From Auanema rhodensis (Eukaryota; Animalia; Nematoda), in NCBI GenBank assembly GCA_964057225.1, contig OZ059898.1, positions 17,360,001-17,424,000 on the forward strand: DNA of 64,000 bases, in the 5' to 3' direction. How positions within the stretch are numbered: the first letter of the stretch is position 1; each line of letters begins with the position of its first letter. A program made the position numbers and the translations under genes. The notes under the pieces are model-generated. The model was not told the origin of the DNA. It saw nothing but the letters and a program-made list of their open reading frames with translations, and did not search any database. Of the stretch, positions 27,400 through 40,800 are shown piece after piece.

Positions 27400-30300
27400 T
27401 CTTTGCCTTGAAAAAAGGAATCTAAAAACATTTACTTTTTGCTAAATTATTCGGAAATTTATCGAAAAAATTTTTGTCAAAATGTTTTTGGAAGCAATGT
27501 TGAGTGTACATGGAAACTCAACATACACTAATGCATCATTTTTCAAACGATCATAACTAATTTTTGTATTAAGCGTTTCTCAATGTAGTATAGTGCATTT
27601 GATGCGGATTTTTAAGCTGCGTCGATCTGTGTTATCAGATTTGCGCTAGCTTAAAAATGCACCGAGATATCAACTGATATAAGTTCACACTTATATCCTC
27701 GATTTTCACCCTGAAGAAATAATTTTTTCGTTGAATAACATTGTCGTTCGTCTTTGCCTTGAGAAAAGGAATCTAAAAACATCTACTTTTTGCTAAATTA
27801 TTTTGAAGTTTTTCGAAAAAATTTTTGTCAAAATGTTTTTGGAAGCAATGTTGAGTGTACATGGAAACTCAACATACACTAATGCATCATTTTTCAAACG
27901 ATCATAACTAATTTTTGTATTAAGCGTTTCTCAATGTAGTATAGTGCATTCGATGCGGATTTTTAAGCTGCGTCGATCTGTGTTATCAGATTTGCGCTAG
28001 CTTAAAAATGCACCGAGATATCAACTGATATAAGTTCACACTTATATCCTCGATTTTCACCCTGAAGAATTAATTTTTTCGTTGAATAACATTGTCCATC
28101 GTCTTTGCCTTGAAAAAAGGAATCTAAAAACATTTACTTTTTGCTAAATTATTTTGAAGTTTTTCGAAAAAATTTTTGTCAAAATGTTTTTGGAAGCAAT
28201 GTTGAGTGTACATGGAAACTCAACATACACTAATGCATCATTTTTCAAACGATCATAACTAATTTTTGTATTAAGCGTTTCTCAATGTAGTATAGTGCAT
28301 TCGATGCGGATTTTTAAGCTGCGTCGATCTGTGTTATCAGATTTGCGCTAGCTTAAAAATGCACCGAGATATCAACTGATATAAGTTCACACTTATATCC
28401 TCGATTTTCACCCTGAAGAATTAATTTTTTCGTTGAATAACATTGTCCATCGTCTTTGCCTTGAAAAAAGGAATCTAAAAACATTTACTTTTTGCTAAAT
28501 TATTTTGAAGTTTTTCGAAAAAATTTTTGTCAAAATGTTTTTGGAAGCAATGTTGAGTGTACATGGAAACTCAACATACACTAATGCATCATTTTTCAAA
28601 CGATCATAACTAATTTTTGTATTAAGCGTTTCTCAATGTAGTATAATGCATTCGATGCGGATTTTTAAGCTGCGTCGATCTGTGTTATCAGATTTGCGCT
28701 AGCTTAAAAATGCACCGAGATATCAACTGATATAAGTTCACACTTATATCCTCGATTTTCACCCTGAAGAATTAATTTTTTCGTTGAATAACATTGTCCA
28801 TCGTCTTTGCCTTGAAAAAAGGAATCTAAAAACATTTACTTTTTGCTAAATTATTCTGAAATTTTTCGAAAAAATTTTTGTCAAAATGTTTTTGGAAGCA
28901 ATGTTGAGTGTACATGGAAACTCAACATACACTAATGCATCATTTTTCAAACGATCATAACTAATTTTTGTATTAAGCGTTTCTCAATGTAGTATAATGC
29001 ATTCGATGCGGATTTTTAAGCTGCGTCGATCTGTGTTATCAGATTTGCGCTAGCTTAAAAATGCACCGAGATATCAACTGATATAAGTTCACACTTATAT
29101 CCTCGATTTTCACCCTGAAGAATTAATTTTTTCGTTGAATAACATTGTCCATCGTCTTTGCCTTGAAAAAAGGAATCTAAAAACATTTAGTTTTTGCTAA
29201 ATTATTCTGAAATTTTTCGAAAAAATTTTTGTCAAAATGTTTTTGGAAGCAATGTTGAGTGTACATGGAAACTCAACATACACTAATGCACCATTTTTCA
29301 AACGATCATAACTAATTTTTGTATCAAGCGTTTCTCAATGTAGTATAGTGCATTCGATGCGGATTTTTAAGCTGCGTCGATCTGTGTTATCAGATTTGCG
29401 CTAGCTTAAAAATGCACCGAGATATCAACTGATATAAGTTCACACTTATATCCTCGATTTTCACCCTGAAGAATTAATTTTTTCGTTGAATAACATTGTC
29501 CATCGTCTTTGCCTTGAAAAAAGGAATCTAAAAACATCTACTTTTTGCTAAATTATTTTGAAATTTTTCGAAAAAATTTTTGTCAAAATGTTTTTGGAAG
29601 CAATGTTGAGTGTACATGGAAACTCAACATACACTAATGCATCATTTTTCAAACGATCATAACTAATTTTTGTATTAAGCGTTTCTCAATGTAGTATAGT
29701 GCATTCGATGCGGATTTTTAAGCTGCGTCGATCTGTGTTATCAGATTTGCGCTAGCTTAAAAATGCACCGAGATATCAACTGATATAAGTTCACACTTAT
29801 ATCCTCGATTTTCACCCTGAAGAATTATTTTTTTCGTTGAATAACATTGTCCATCGTCTTTGCCTTGAAAAAAGGAATCTAAAAACATCTACTTTTTGCT
29901 AAATTATTTTGAAATTTTTCGAAAAAATTTCTGTCAAAATGTTTTTGGAAGCAATGTTGAGTGTACATGGAAACTCAACATACACTAATGCATCATTTTT
30001 CAAACGATCATAACTAATTTTTGTATTGAGCGTTTCTCAATGTAGTATAGTGCATTCGATGCGGATTTTTAAGCTGCGTCGATCTGTGTTATCAGATTTG
30101 CGCTAGCTTAAAAATGCACCGAGATATCAACTGATATAAGTTCACACTTATATCCTCGATTTTCACCCTGAAGAATTGATTTTTTCGTTGAATAACATTG
30201 TCCATCGTCTTTGCCTTGAAAAAAGGAATCTAAAAACATTTACTTTTTGCTAAATTATTCTGAAATTTTTCGAAAAAATTTTTGTCAAAATGTTTTTGGA

Positions 30301-33300
30301 AGCAATGTTGAGTGTACATGGAAACTCAACATACACTAATGCATCATTTTTCAAACGATCATAACTAATTTTTGTATTAAGCGTTTCTCAATGTAGTATA
30401 GTGCATTTGATGCGGATTTTTAAGCTGCGTCGATCTGTGTTATCAGATTTGCGCTAGCTTAAAAATGCACCGAGATATCAACTGATATAAGTTCACACTT
30501 ATATCCTCGATTTTCACCCTGAAGAATTATTTTTTTCGTTGAATAACATTGTCCATCGTCTTTGCCTTGAAAAAAGGAATCTAAAAACATCTACTTTTTG
30601 CTAAATTATTTTGAAATTTTTCGAAAAAATTTCTGTCAAAATGTTTTTGGAAGCAATGTTGAGTGTACATGGAAACTCAACATACACTAATGCATCATTT
30701 TTCAAACGATCATAACTAATTTTTGTATTGAGCGTTTCTCAATGTAGTATAGTGCATTCGATGCGGATTTTTAAGCTGCGTCGATCTGTGTTATCAGATT
30801 TGCGCTAGCTTAAAAATGCACCGAGATATCAACTGATATAAGTTCACACTTATATCCTCGATTTTCACCCTGAAGAATTGATTTTTTCGTTGAATAACAT
30901 TGTCCATCGTCTTTGCCTTGAAAAAAGGAATCTAAAAACATTTACTTTTTGCTAAATTATTCTGAAATTTTTCGAAAAAATTTTTGTCAAAATGTTTTTG
31001 GAAGCAATGTTGAGTGTACATGGAAACTCAACATACACTAATGCATCATTTTTCAAACGATCATAACTAATTTTTGTATTAAGCGTTTCTCAATGTAGTA
31101 TAGTGCATTTGATGCGGATTTTTAAGCTGCGTCGATCTGTGTTATCAGATTTGCGCTAGCTTAAAAATGCACCGAGATATCAACTGATATAAGTTCACAC
31201 TTATATCCTCGATTTTCACCCTGAAGAAATAATTTTTTCGTTGAATAACATTGTCCATCGTCTTTGCCTTGAGAAAAGGAATCTAAAAACATCTACTTTT
31301 TGCTAAATTATTTTGAAGTTTTTCGAAAAAATTTTTGTCAAAATGTTTTTGGAAGCAATGTTGAGTGTACATGGAAACTCAACATACACTAATGCATCAT
31401 TTTTCAAACGATCATAACTAATTTTTGTATTGAGCGTTTCTCAATGTAGTATAGTGCATTCGATGCGGATTTTTAAGCTGCGTCGATCTGTGTTATCAGA
31501 TTTGCGCTAGCTTAAAAATGCACCGAGATATCAACTGATATAAGTTCACACTTATATCCTCGATTTTCACCCTGAAGAATTGATTTTTTCGTTGAATAAC
31601 ATTGTCCATCGTCTTTGCCTTGAAAAAAGGAATCTAAAAACATTTACTTTTTGCTAAATTATTCTGAAATTTTTCGAAAAAATTTTTGTCAAAATGTTTT
31701 TGGAAGCAATGTTGAGTGTACATGGAAACTCAACATACACTAATGCATCATTTTTCAAACGATCATAACTAATTTTTGTATTAAGCGTTTCTCAATGTAG
31801 TATAGTGCATTTGATGCGGATTTTTAAGCTGCGTCGATCTGTGTTATCAGATTTGCGCTAGCTTAAAAATGCACCGAGATATCAACTGATATAAGTTCAC
31901 ACTTATATCCTCGATTTTCACCCTGAAGAATTAATTTTTTCGTTGAATAACATTATCCATCGTCTTTGCCTTGAAAAAAGGAATCTAAAAACATCTACTT
32001 TTTGCTAAATTATTTTGAAATTTTTCGAAAAAATTTTTGTCAAAATGTTTTTGGAAGCAATGTTGAGTGAACATGGAAACTCAACATACACTAATGCATC
32101 ATTTTTCAAACAATCATAACTAATTTTTGTATTAAGCGTTTCTCAATGTAGTATAGTGCATTTGATGCGGATTTTTAAGCTGCGTCGATCTGTGTTATCA
32201 GATTTGCGCTAGCTTAAAAATGCACCGAGATATCAACTGATATAAGTTCACACTTATATCCTCGATTTTCACCCTGAAGAATTAATTTTTTCGTTGAATA
32301 ACATTGTCCATCGTCTTTGCCTTGAAAAAAGGAATCTAAAAACATTTACTTTTTGCTAAATTATTCTGAAATTTTTCGAAAAAATTTCTGTCAAAATGTT
32401 TTTGGAAGCAATCTTGAGTGTACATGGAAACTCAACATACACTAATGCATCATTTTTCAAACGATCATAACTAATTTTTGTATTAAGCGTTTCTCAATGT
32501 AGTATAGTGCATTCGATGCGGATTTTTAAGCTGCGTCGATCTGTGTTATCAGATTTGCGCTAGCTTAAAAATGCACCGAGATATCAACTGATATAAGTTC
32601 ACACTTATATCCTCGATTTTCACCCTGAAGAATTGATTTTTTCGTTGAATAACATTGTCCATCGTCTTTGCCTTGAAAAAAGGAATCTAAAAACATTTAC
32701 TTTTTGCTAAATTATTCTGAAATTTTTCGAAAAAATTTTTGTCAAAATGTTTTTGGAAGCAATGTTGAGTGTACATGGAAACTCAACATACACTAATGCA
32801 TCATTTTTCAAACGATCATAACTAATTTTTGTATTAAGCGTTTCTCAATGTAGTATAGTGCATTTGATGCGGATTTTTAAGCTGCGTCGATCTGTGTTAT
32901 CAGATTTGCGCTAGCTTAAAAATGCACCGAGATATCAACTGATATAAGTTCACACTTATATCCTCGATTTTCACCCTGAAGAATTGATTTTTTCGTTGAA
33001 TAACATTGTCCATCGTCTTTGCCTTGAAAAAAGGAATCTAAAAACAATTACTTTTTGCTAAATTATTCTGAAATTTTTCGAAAAAATTTTTGTCAAAATG
33101 TTTTTGGAAGCAATGTTGAGTGTACATGGAAACTCAACATACACTAATGCATCATTTTTCAAACGATCATAACTAATTTTTGTATTAAGCGTTTCTCAAT
33201 GTAGTATAGTGCATTCGATGCGGATTTTTAAGCTGCGTCGATCTGTGTTATCAGATTTGCGCTAGCTTAAAAATGCACCGAGATATCAACTGATATAAGT

Positions 33301-36300
33301 TCACACTTATATCCTCGATTTTCACCCTGAAGAATTAATTTTTTCGTTGAATAACATTGTCCATCGTCTTTGCCTTGAAAAAAGGAATCTAAAAACATCT
33401 ACTCTTTGCTAAATTATTTTGAAATTTTTCGAAAAAATTTTTGTCAAAATGTTTTTGGAAGCAATGTTGAGTGAACATGGAAACTCAACATACACTAATG
33501 CATCATTTTTCAAACAATCATAACTAATTTTTGTATTAAGCGTTTCTCAATGTAGTATAGTGCATTTGATGCGGATTTTTGAGCTGCGTCGATCTGTGTT
33601 ATCAGATTTGCGCTAGCTTAAAAATGCACCGAGATATCAACTGATATAAGTTCACACTTATATCCTCGATTTTCACCCTGAAGAATTAATTTTTTCGTTG
33701 AATAACATTGTCCATCGTCTTTGCCTTGAAAAAAGGAATCTAAAAACATTTACTTTTTGCTAAATTATTCTGAAATTTTTCGAAAAAATTTCTGTCAAAA
33801 TGTTTTTGGAAGCAATCTTGAGTGTACATGGAAACTCAACATACACTAATGCATCATTTTTCAAACGATCATAACTAATTTTTGTATTAAGCGTTTCTCA
33901 ATGTAGTATAGTGCATTCGATGCGGATTTTTAAGCTGCGTCGATCTGTGTTATCAGATTTGCGCTAGCTTAAAAATGCACCGAGATATCAACTGATATAA
34001 GTTCACACTTATATCCTCGATTTTCACCCTGAAGAATTGATTTTTTCGTTGAATAACATTGTCCATCGTCTTTGCCTTGAAAAAAGGAATCTAAAAACAT
34101 TTACTTTTTGCTAAATTATTCTGAAATTTTTCGAAAAAATTTTTGTCAAAATGTTTTTGGAAGCAATGTTGAGTGTACATGGAAACTCAACATACACTAA
34201 TGCATCATTTTTCAAACGATCATAACTAATTTTTGTATTAAGCGTTTCTCAATGTAGTATAGTGCATTTGATGCGGATTTTTAAGCTGCGTCGATCTGTG
34301 TTATCAGATTTGCGCTAGCTTAAAAATGCACCGAGATATCAACTGATATAAGTTCACACTTATATCCTCGATTTTCACCCTGAAGAATTGATTTTTTCGT
34401 TGAATAACATTGTCCATCGTCTTTGCCTTGAAAAAAGGAATCTAAAAACAATTACTTTTTGCTAAATTATTCTGAAATTTTTCGAAAAAATTTTTGTCAA
34501 AATGTTTTTGGAAGCAATGTTGAGTGTACATGGAAACTCAACATACACTAATGCATCATTTTTCAAACGATCATAACTAATTTTTGTATTAAGCGTTTCT
34601 CAATGTAGTATAGTGCATTTGATGCGGATTTTCAAGCTGCGTCGATCTGTGTTATCAGATTTGCGCTAGCTTAAAAATGCACCGAGATATCAACTGATAT
34701 AAGTTCACACTTATATCCTCGATTTTCACCCTGAAGAAACAATTTTTTCGTTGAATAACATTGTCCATCGTCTTTGCCTTGAGAAAAGGAATCTAAAAAC
34801 ATCTACTTTTTGCTAAATTATTTTGAAGTTTTTCGAAAAAATTTTTGTCAAAATGTTTTTGGAAGCAATGTTGAGTGTACATGGAAACTCAACATACACT
34901 AATGCATCATTTTTCAAACGATCATAACTAATTTTTGTATTAAGCGTTTCTCAATGTAGTATAGTGCATTTGATGCGGATTTTTAAGCTGCGTCGATCTG
35001 TGTTATCAGATTTGCGCTAGCTTAAAAATGCACCGAGATATCAACTGATATAAGTTCACACTTATATCCTCGATTTTCACCCTGAAGAATTGATTTTTTC
35101 GTTGAATAACATTGTCCATCGTCTTTGCCTTGAAAAAAGGAATCTAAAAACAATTACTTTTTGCTAAATTATTCTGAAATTTTTCGAAAAAATTTTTGTC
35201 AAAATGTTTTTGGAAGCAATGTTGAGTGTACATGGAAACTCAACATACACTAATGCATCATTTTTCAAACGATCATAACTAATTTTTGTATTAAGCGTTT
35301 CTCAATGTAGTATAGTGCATTTGATGCGGATTTTCAAGCTGCGTCGATCTGTGTTATCAGATTTGCGCTAGCTTAAAAATGCACCGAGATATCAACTGAT
35401 ATAAGTTCACACTTATATCCTCGATTTTCACCCTGAAGAAACAATTTTTTCGTTGAATAACATTGTCCATCGTCTTTGCCTTGAGAAAAGGAATCTAAAA
35501 ACATCTACTTTTTGCTAAATTATTTTGAAGTTTTTCGAAAAAATTTTTGTCAAAATGTTTTTGGAAGCAATGTTGAGTGTACATGGAAACTCAACATACA
35601 CTAATGCATCATTTTTCAAACGATCATAACTAATTTTTGTATTAAGCGTTTCTCAATGTAGTATAGTGCATTCGATGCGGATTTTTAAGCTGCGTCGATC
35701 TGTGTTATCAGATTTGCGCTAGCTTAAAAATGCACCGAGATATCAACTGATATAAGTTCACACTTATATCCTCGATTTTCACCCTGAAGAATTAATTTTT
35801 TCGTTGAATAACATTGTCCATCGTCTTTGCCTTGAAAAAAGGAATCTAAAAACATTTACTTTTTGCTAAATTATTCTGAAATTTTTCGAAAAAATTTTTG
35901 TCAAAATGTTTTTGGAAGCAATGTTGAGTGTACATGGAAACTCAACATACACTAATGCACCATTTTTCAAACGATCATAACTAATTTTTGTATTAAGCGT
36001 TTCTCAATGTAGTATAATGCATTCGATGCGGATTTTTAAGCTGCGTCGATCTGTGTTATCAGATTTGCGCTAGCTTAAAAATGCACCGAGATATCAACTG
36101 ATATAAGTTCACACTTATATCCTCGATTTTCACCCTGAAGAATTAATTTTTTCGTTGAATAACATTGTCCATCGTCTTTGCCTTGAAAAAAGGAATCTAA
36201 AAACATTTACTTTTTGCTAAATTATTCTGAAATTTTTCGAAAAAATTTTTGTCAAAATGTTTTTGGAAGCAATGTTGAGTGTACATGGAAACTCAACATA

Positions 36301-37578
36301 CACTAATGCACCATTTTTCAAACGATCATAACTAATTTTTGTATCAAGCGTTTCTCAATGTAGTATAGTGCATTCGATGCGGATTTTTAAGCTGCGTCGA
36401 TCTGTGTTATCAGATTTGCGCTAGCTTAAAAATGCACCGAGATATCAACTGATATAAGTTCACACTTATATCCTCGATTTTCACCCTGAAGAAATAATTT
36501 TTTCGTTGAATAACATTGTCCATCGTCTTTGCCTTGAGAAAAGGAATCTAAAAACATCTACTTTTTGCTAAATTATTTTGAAGTTTTTCGAAAAAATTTT
36601 TGTCAAAATGTTTTTGGAAGCAATGTTGAGTGTACATGGAAACTCAACATACACTAATGCATCATTTTTCAAACGATCATAACTAATTTTTGTATTAAGC
36701 GTTTCTCAATGTAGTATAGTGCATTCGATGCGGATTTTTAAGCTGCGTCGATCTGTGTTATCAGATTTGCGCTAGCTTAAAAATGCACCGAGATATCAAC
36801 TGATATAAGTTCACACTTATATCCTCGATTTTCACCCTGAAGAATTAATTTTTTCGTTGAATAACATTGTCCATCGTCTTTGCCTTGAAAAAAGGAATCT
36901 AAAAACATTTACTTTTTGCTAAATTATTCTGAAATTTTTCGAAAAAATTTTTGTCAAAATGTTTTTGGAAGCAATGTTGAGTGTACATGGAAACTCAACA
37001 TACACTAATGCACCATTTTTCAAACGATCATAACTAATTTTTGTATTAAGCGTTTCTCAATGTAGTATAATGCATTCGATGCGGATTTTTAAGCTGCGTC
37101 GATCTGTGTTATCAGATTTGCGCTAGCTTAAAAATGCACCGAGATATCAACTGATATAAGTTCACACTTATATCCTCGATTTTCACCCTGAAGAATTAAT
37201 TTTTTCGTTGAATAACATTGTCCATCGTCTTTGCCTTGAAAAAAGGAATCTAAAAACATTTACTTTTTGCTAAATTATTCTGAAATTTTTCGAAAAAATT
37301 TTTGTCAAAATGTTTTTGGAAGCAATGTTGAGTGTACATGGAAACTCAACATACACTAATGCACCATTTTTCAAACGATCATAACTAATTTTTGTATCAA
37401 GCGTTTCTCAATGTAGTATAGTGCATTCGATGCGGATTTTTAAGCTGCGTCGATCTGTGTTATCAGATTTGCGCTAGCTTAAAAATGCACCGAGATATCA
37501 ACTGATATAAGTTCACACTTATATCCTCGATTTTCACCCTGAAGAATTAATTTTTTCGTTGAATAACATTGTCCATCG

Positions 37579-37880
37579 TCTTTGCCTTGAAAAAAGGAAT
37601 CTAAAAACATCTACTTTTTGCTAAATTATTTTGAAATTTTTGGAAACTCAACATACACTAATGCATCATTTTTCAAACGATCATAACTAATTTTTGTATT
37701 AAGCGTTTCTCAATGTAGTATAGTGCATTCGATGCGGATTTTTAAGCTGCGTCGATCTGTGTTATCAGATTTGCGCTAGCTTAAAAATGCACCGAGATAT
37801 CAACTGATATAAGTTCACACTTATATCCTCGATTTTCACCCTGAAGAATTAATTTTTTCGTTGAATAACATTGTCCATCG
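37579..37880. repeat. 302-bp variant monomer (-49 bp), copy 1
   Basis: GAAATTTTT|GGAAACTC junction at 37641/37642; monomer positions 64-112 are missing. Confidence 0.97.
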
Positions 37881-40800
37881 TCTTTGCCTTGAAAAAAGGA
37901 ATCTAAAAACATCTACTTTTTGCTAAATTATTTTGAAATTTTTCGAAAAAATTTTTGTCAAAATGTTTTTGGAAGCAATGTTGAGTGAACATGGAAACTC
38001 AACATACACTAATGCATCATTTTTCAAACAATCATAACTAATTTTTGTATTAAGCGTTTCTCAATGTAGTATAGTGCATTTGATGCGGATTTTTAAGCTG
38101 CGTCGATCTGTGTTATCAGATTTGCGCTAGCTTAAAAATGCACCGAGATATCAACTGATATAAGTTCACACTTATATCCTCGATTTTCACCCTGAAGAAT
38201 TAATTTTTTCGTTGAATAACATTGTCCATCGTCTTTGCCTTGAAAAAAGGAATCTAAAAACATTTACTTTTTGCTAAATTATTCTGAAATTTTTCGAAAA
38301 AATTTCTGTCAAAATGTTTTTGGAAGCAATGTTGAGTATACATGGAAACTCAACATACACTAATGCATCATTTTTCAAACGATCATAACTAATTTTTGTA
38401 TTAAGCGTTTTTCAATGTAGTATAGTGCATTCGATGCGGATTTTTAAGCTGCGTCGATCTGTGTTATCAGATTTGCGCTAGCTTAAAAATGCACCGAGAT
38501 ATCAACTGATATAAGTTCACACTTATATCCTCGATTTTCACCCTGAAGAATTAATTTTTTCGTTGAATAACATTGTCCATCGTCTTTGCCTTGAAAAAAG
38601 GAATCTAAAAACATCTACTTTTTGCTAAATTATTTTGAAATTTTTCGAAAAAATTTTTGTCAAAATGTTTTTGGAAGCAATGTTGTGTGTACATGGAAAC
38701 TCAACATACACTAATGCATCATTTTTCAAACGACCATAACTAATTTTTGTATTAAGCGTTTCTCAATGTAGTATAGTGCATTCGATGCGGATTTTTAAGT
38801 TGCGTCGATCTGTGTTATCAGATTTGCGCTAGCTTAAAAATGCACCGAGACATCAACTGATATAAGTTCACACTTATATCCTCGATTTTCACCCTGAAGA
38901 ATTTATTTTTTCGTTGAATAACATTGTCCATCGTCTTTGCCTTGAAAAAAGGAATCTAAAAACATCTACTTTTTGCTAAATTATTCTGAAATTTTTCGAA
39001 AAAATTTCTGTCAAAATGTTTTTGGAAGCAATGTTGAGTGTACATGGAAACTCAACATACACTAATGCATCATTTTTCAAACGATCATAACTAATTTTTG
39101 TATTAAGCGTTTCTCAATGTAGTATAATGCATTCGATGCGGATTTTTAAGCTGCGTCGATCTGTGTTATCAGATTTGCGCTAGCTTAAAAATGCACCGAG
39201 ATATCAACTGATATAAGTTCACACTTATATCCTCGATTTTCACCCTGAAGAATTAATTTTTTCGTTGAATAACATTGTCCATCGTCTTTGCCTTGAAAAA
39301 AGGAATCTAAAAACATCTACTTTTTGCTAAATTATTTTGAAATTTTTCGAAAAAATTTTTGTCAAAATGTTTTTGGAAGCAATGTTGAGTGAACATGGAA
39401 ACTCAACATACACTAATGCATCATTTTTCAAACAATCATAACTAATTTTTGTATTAAGCGTTTCTCAATGTAGTATAGTGCATTTGATGCGGATTTTTAA
39501 GCTGCGTCGATCTGTGTTATCAGATTTGCGCTAGCTTAAAAATGCACCGAGATATCAACTGATATAAGTTCACACTTATATCCTCGATTTTCACCCTGAA
39601 GAATTAATTTTTTCGTTGAATAACATTGTCCATCGTCTTTGCCTTGAAAAAAGGAATCTAAAAACATTTACTTTTTGCTAAATTATTCTGAAATTTTTCG
39701 AAAAAATTTCTGTCAAAATGTTTTTGGAAGCAATGTTGAGTGTACATGGAAACTCAACATACACTAATGCATCATTTTTCAAACGATCATAACTAATTTT
39801 TGTATTAAGCGTTTCTCAATGTAGTATAGTGCATTCGATGCGGATTTTTAAGCTGCGTCGATCTGTGTTATCAGATTTGCGCTAGCTTAAAAATGCACCG
39901 AGATATCAACTGATATAAGTTCACACTTATATCCTCGATTTTCACCCTGAAGAATTAATTTTTTCGTTGAATAACATTGTCCATCGTCTTTGCCTTGAAA
40001 AAAGGAATCTAAAAACATCTACTTTTTGCTAAATTATTTTGAAATTTTTCGAAAAAATTTTTGTCAAAATGTTTTTGGAAGCAATGTTGAGTGAACATGG
40101 AAACTCAACATACACTAATGCATCATTTTTCAAACAATCATAACTAATTTTTGTATTAAGCGTTTCTCAATGTAGTATAGTGCATTTGATGCGGATTTTT
40201 AAGCTGCGTCGATCTGTGTTATCAGATTTGCGCTAGCTTAAAAATGCACCGAGATATCAACTGATATAAGTTCACACTTATATCCTCGATTTTCACCCTG
40301 AAGAATTAATTTTTTCGTTGAATAACATTGTCCATCGTCTTTGCCTTGAAAAAAGGAATCTAAAAACATCTACTTTTTGCTAAATTATTCTGAAATTTTT
40401 TGAAAAAATTTTTGTCAAAATGTTTTTGGAAGCAATGTTGAGTGTACATGGAAACTCAACATACACTAATGCATCATTTTTCAAACGATCATAACTAATT
40501 TTTGTATTAAGCGTTTCTTAATGTAGTATAGTGCATTCGATGCGGATTTTTAAGCTGCGTCGATCTGTGTTATCAGATTTGCGCTAGCTTAAAAATGCAC
40601 CGAGATATCAACTGATATAAGTTCACACTTATATCCTCGATTTTCACCCTGAAGAATTAATTTTTTCGTTGAATAACATTGTCCATCGTCTTTGCCTTGA
40701 AAAAAGGAATCTAAAAACATCTACTTTTTGCTAAATTATTTTGAAATTTTTCGAAAAAATTTTTGTCAAAATGTTTTTGGAAGCAATGTTGAGTGAACAT

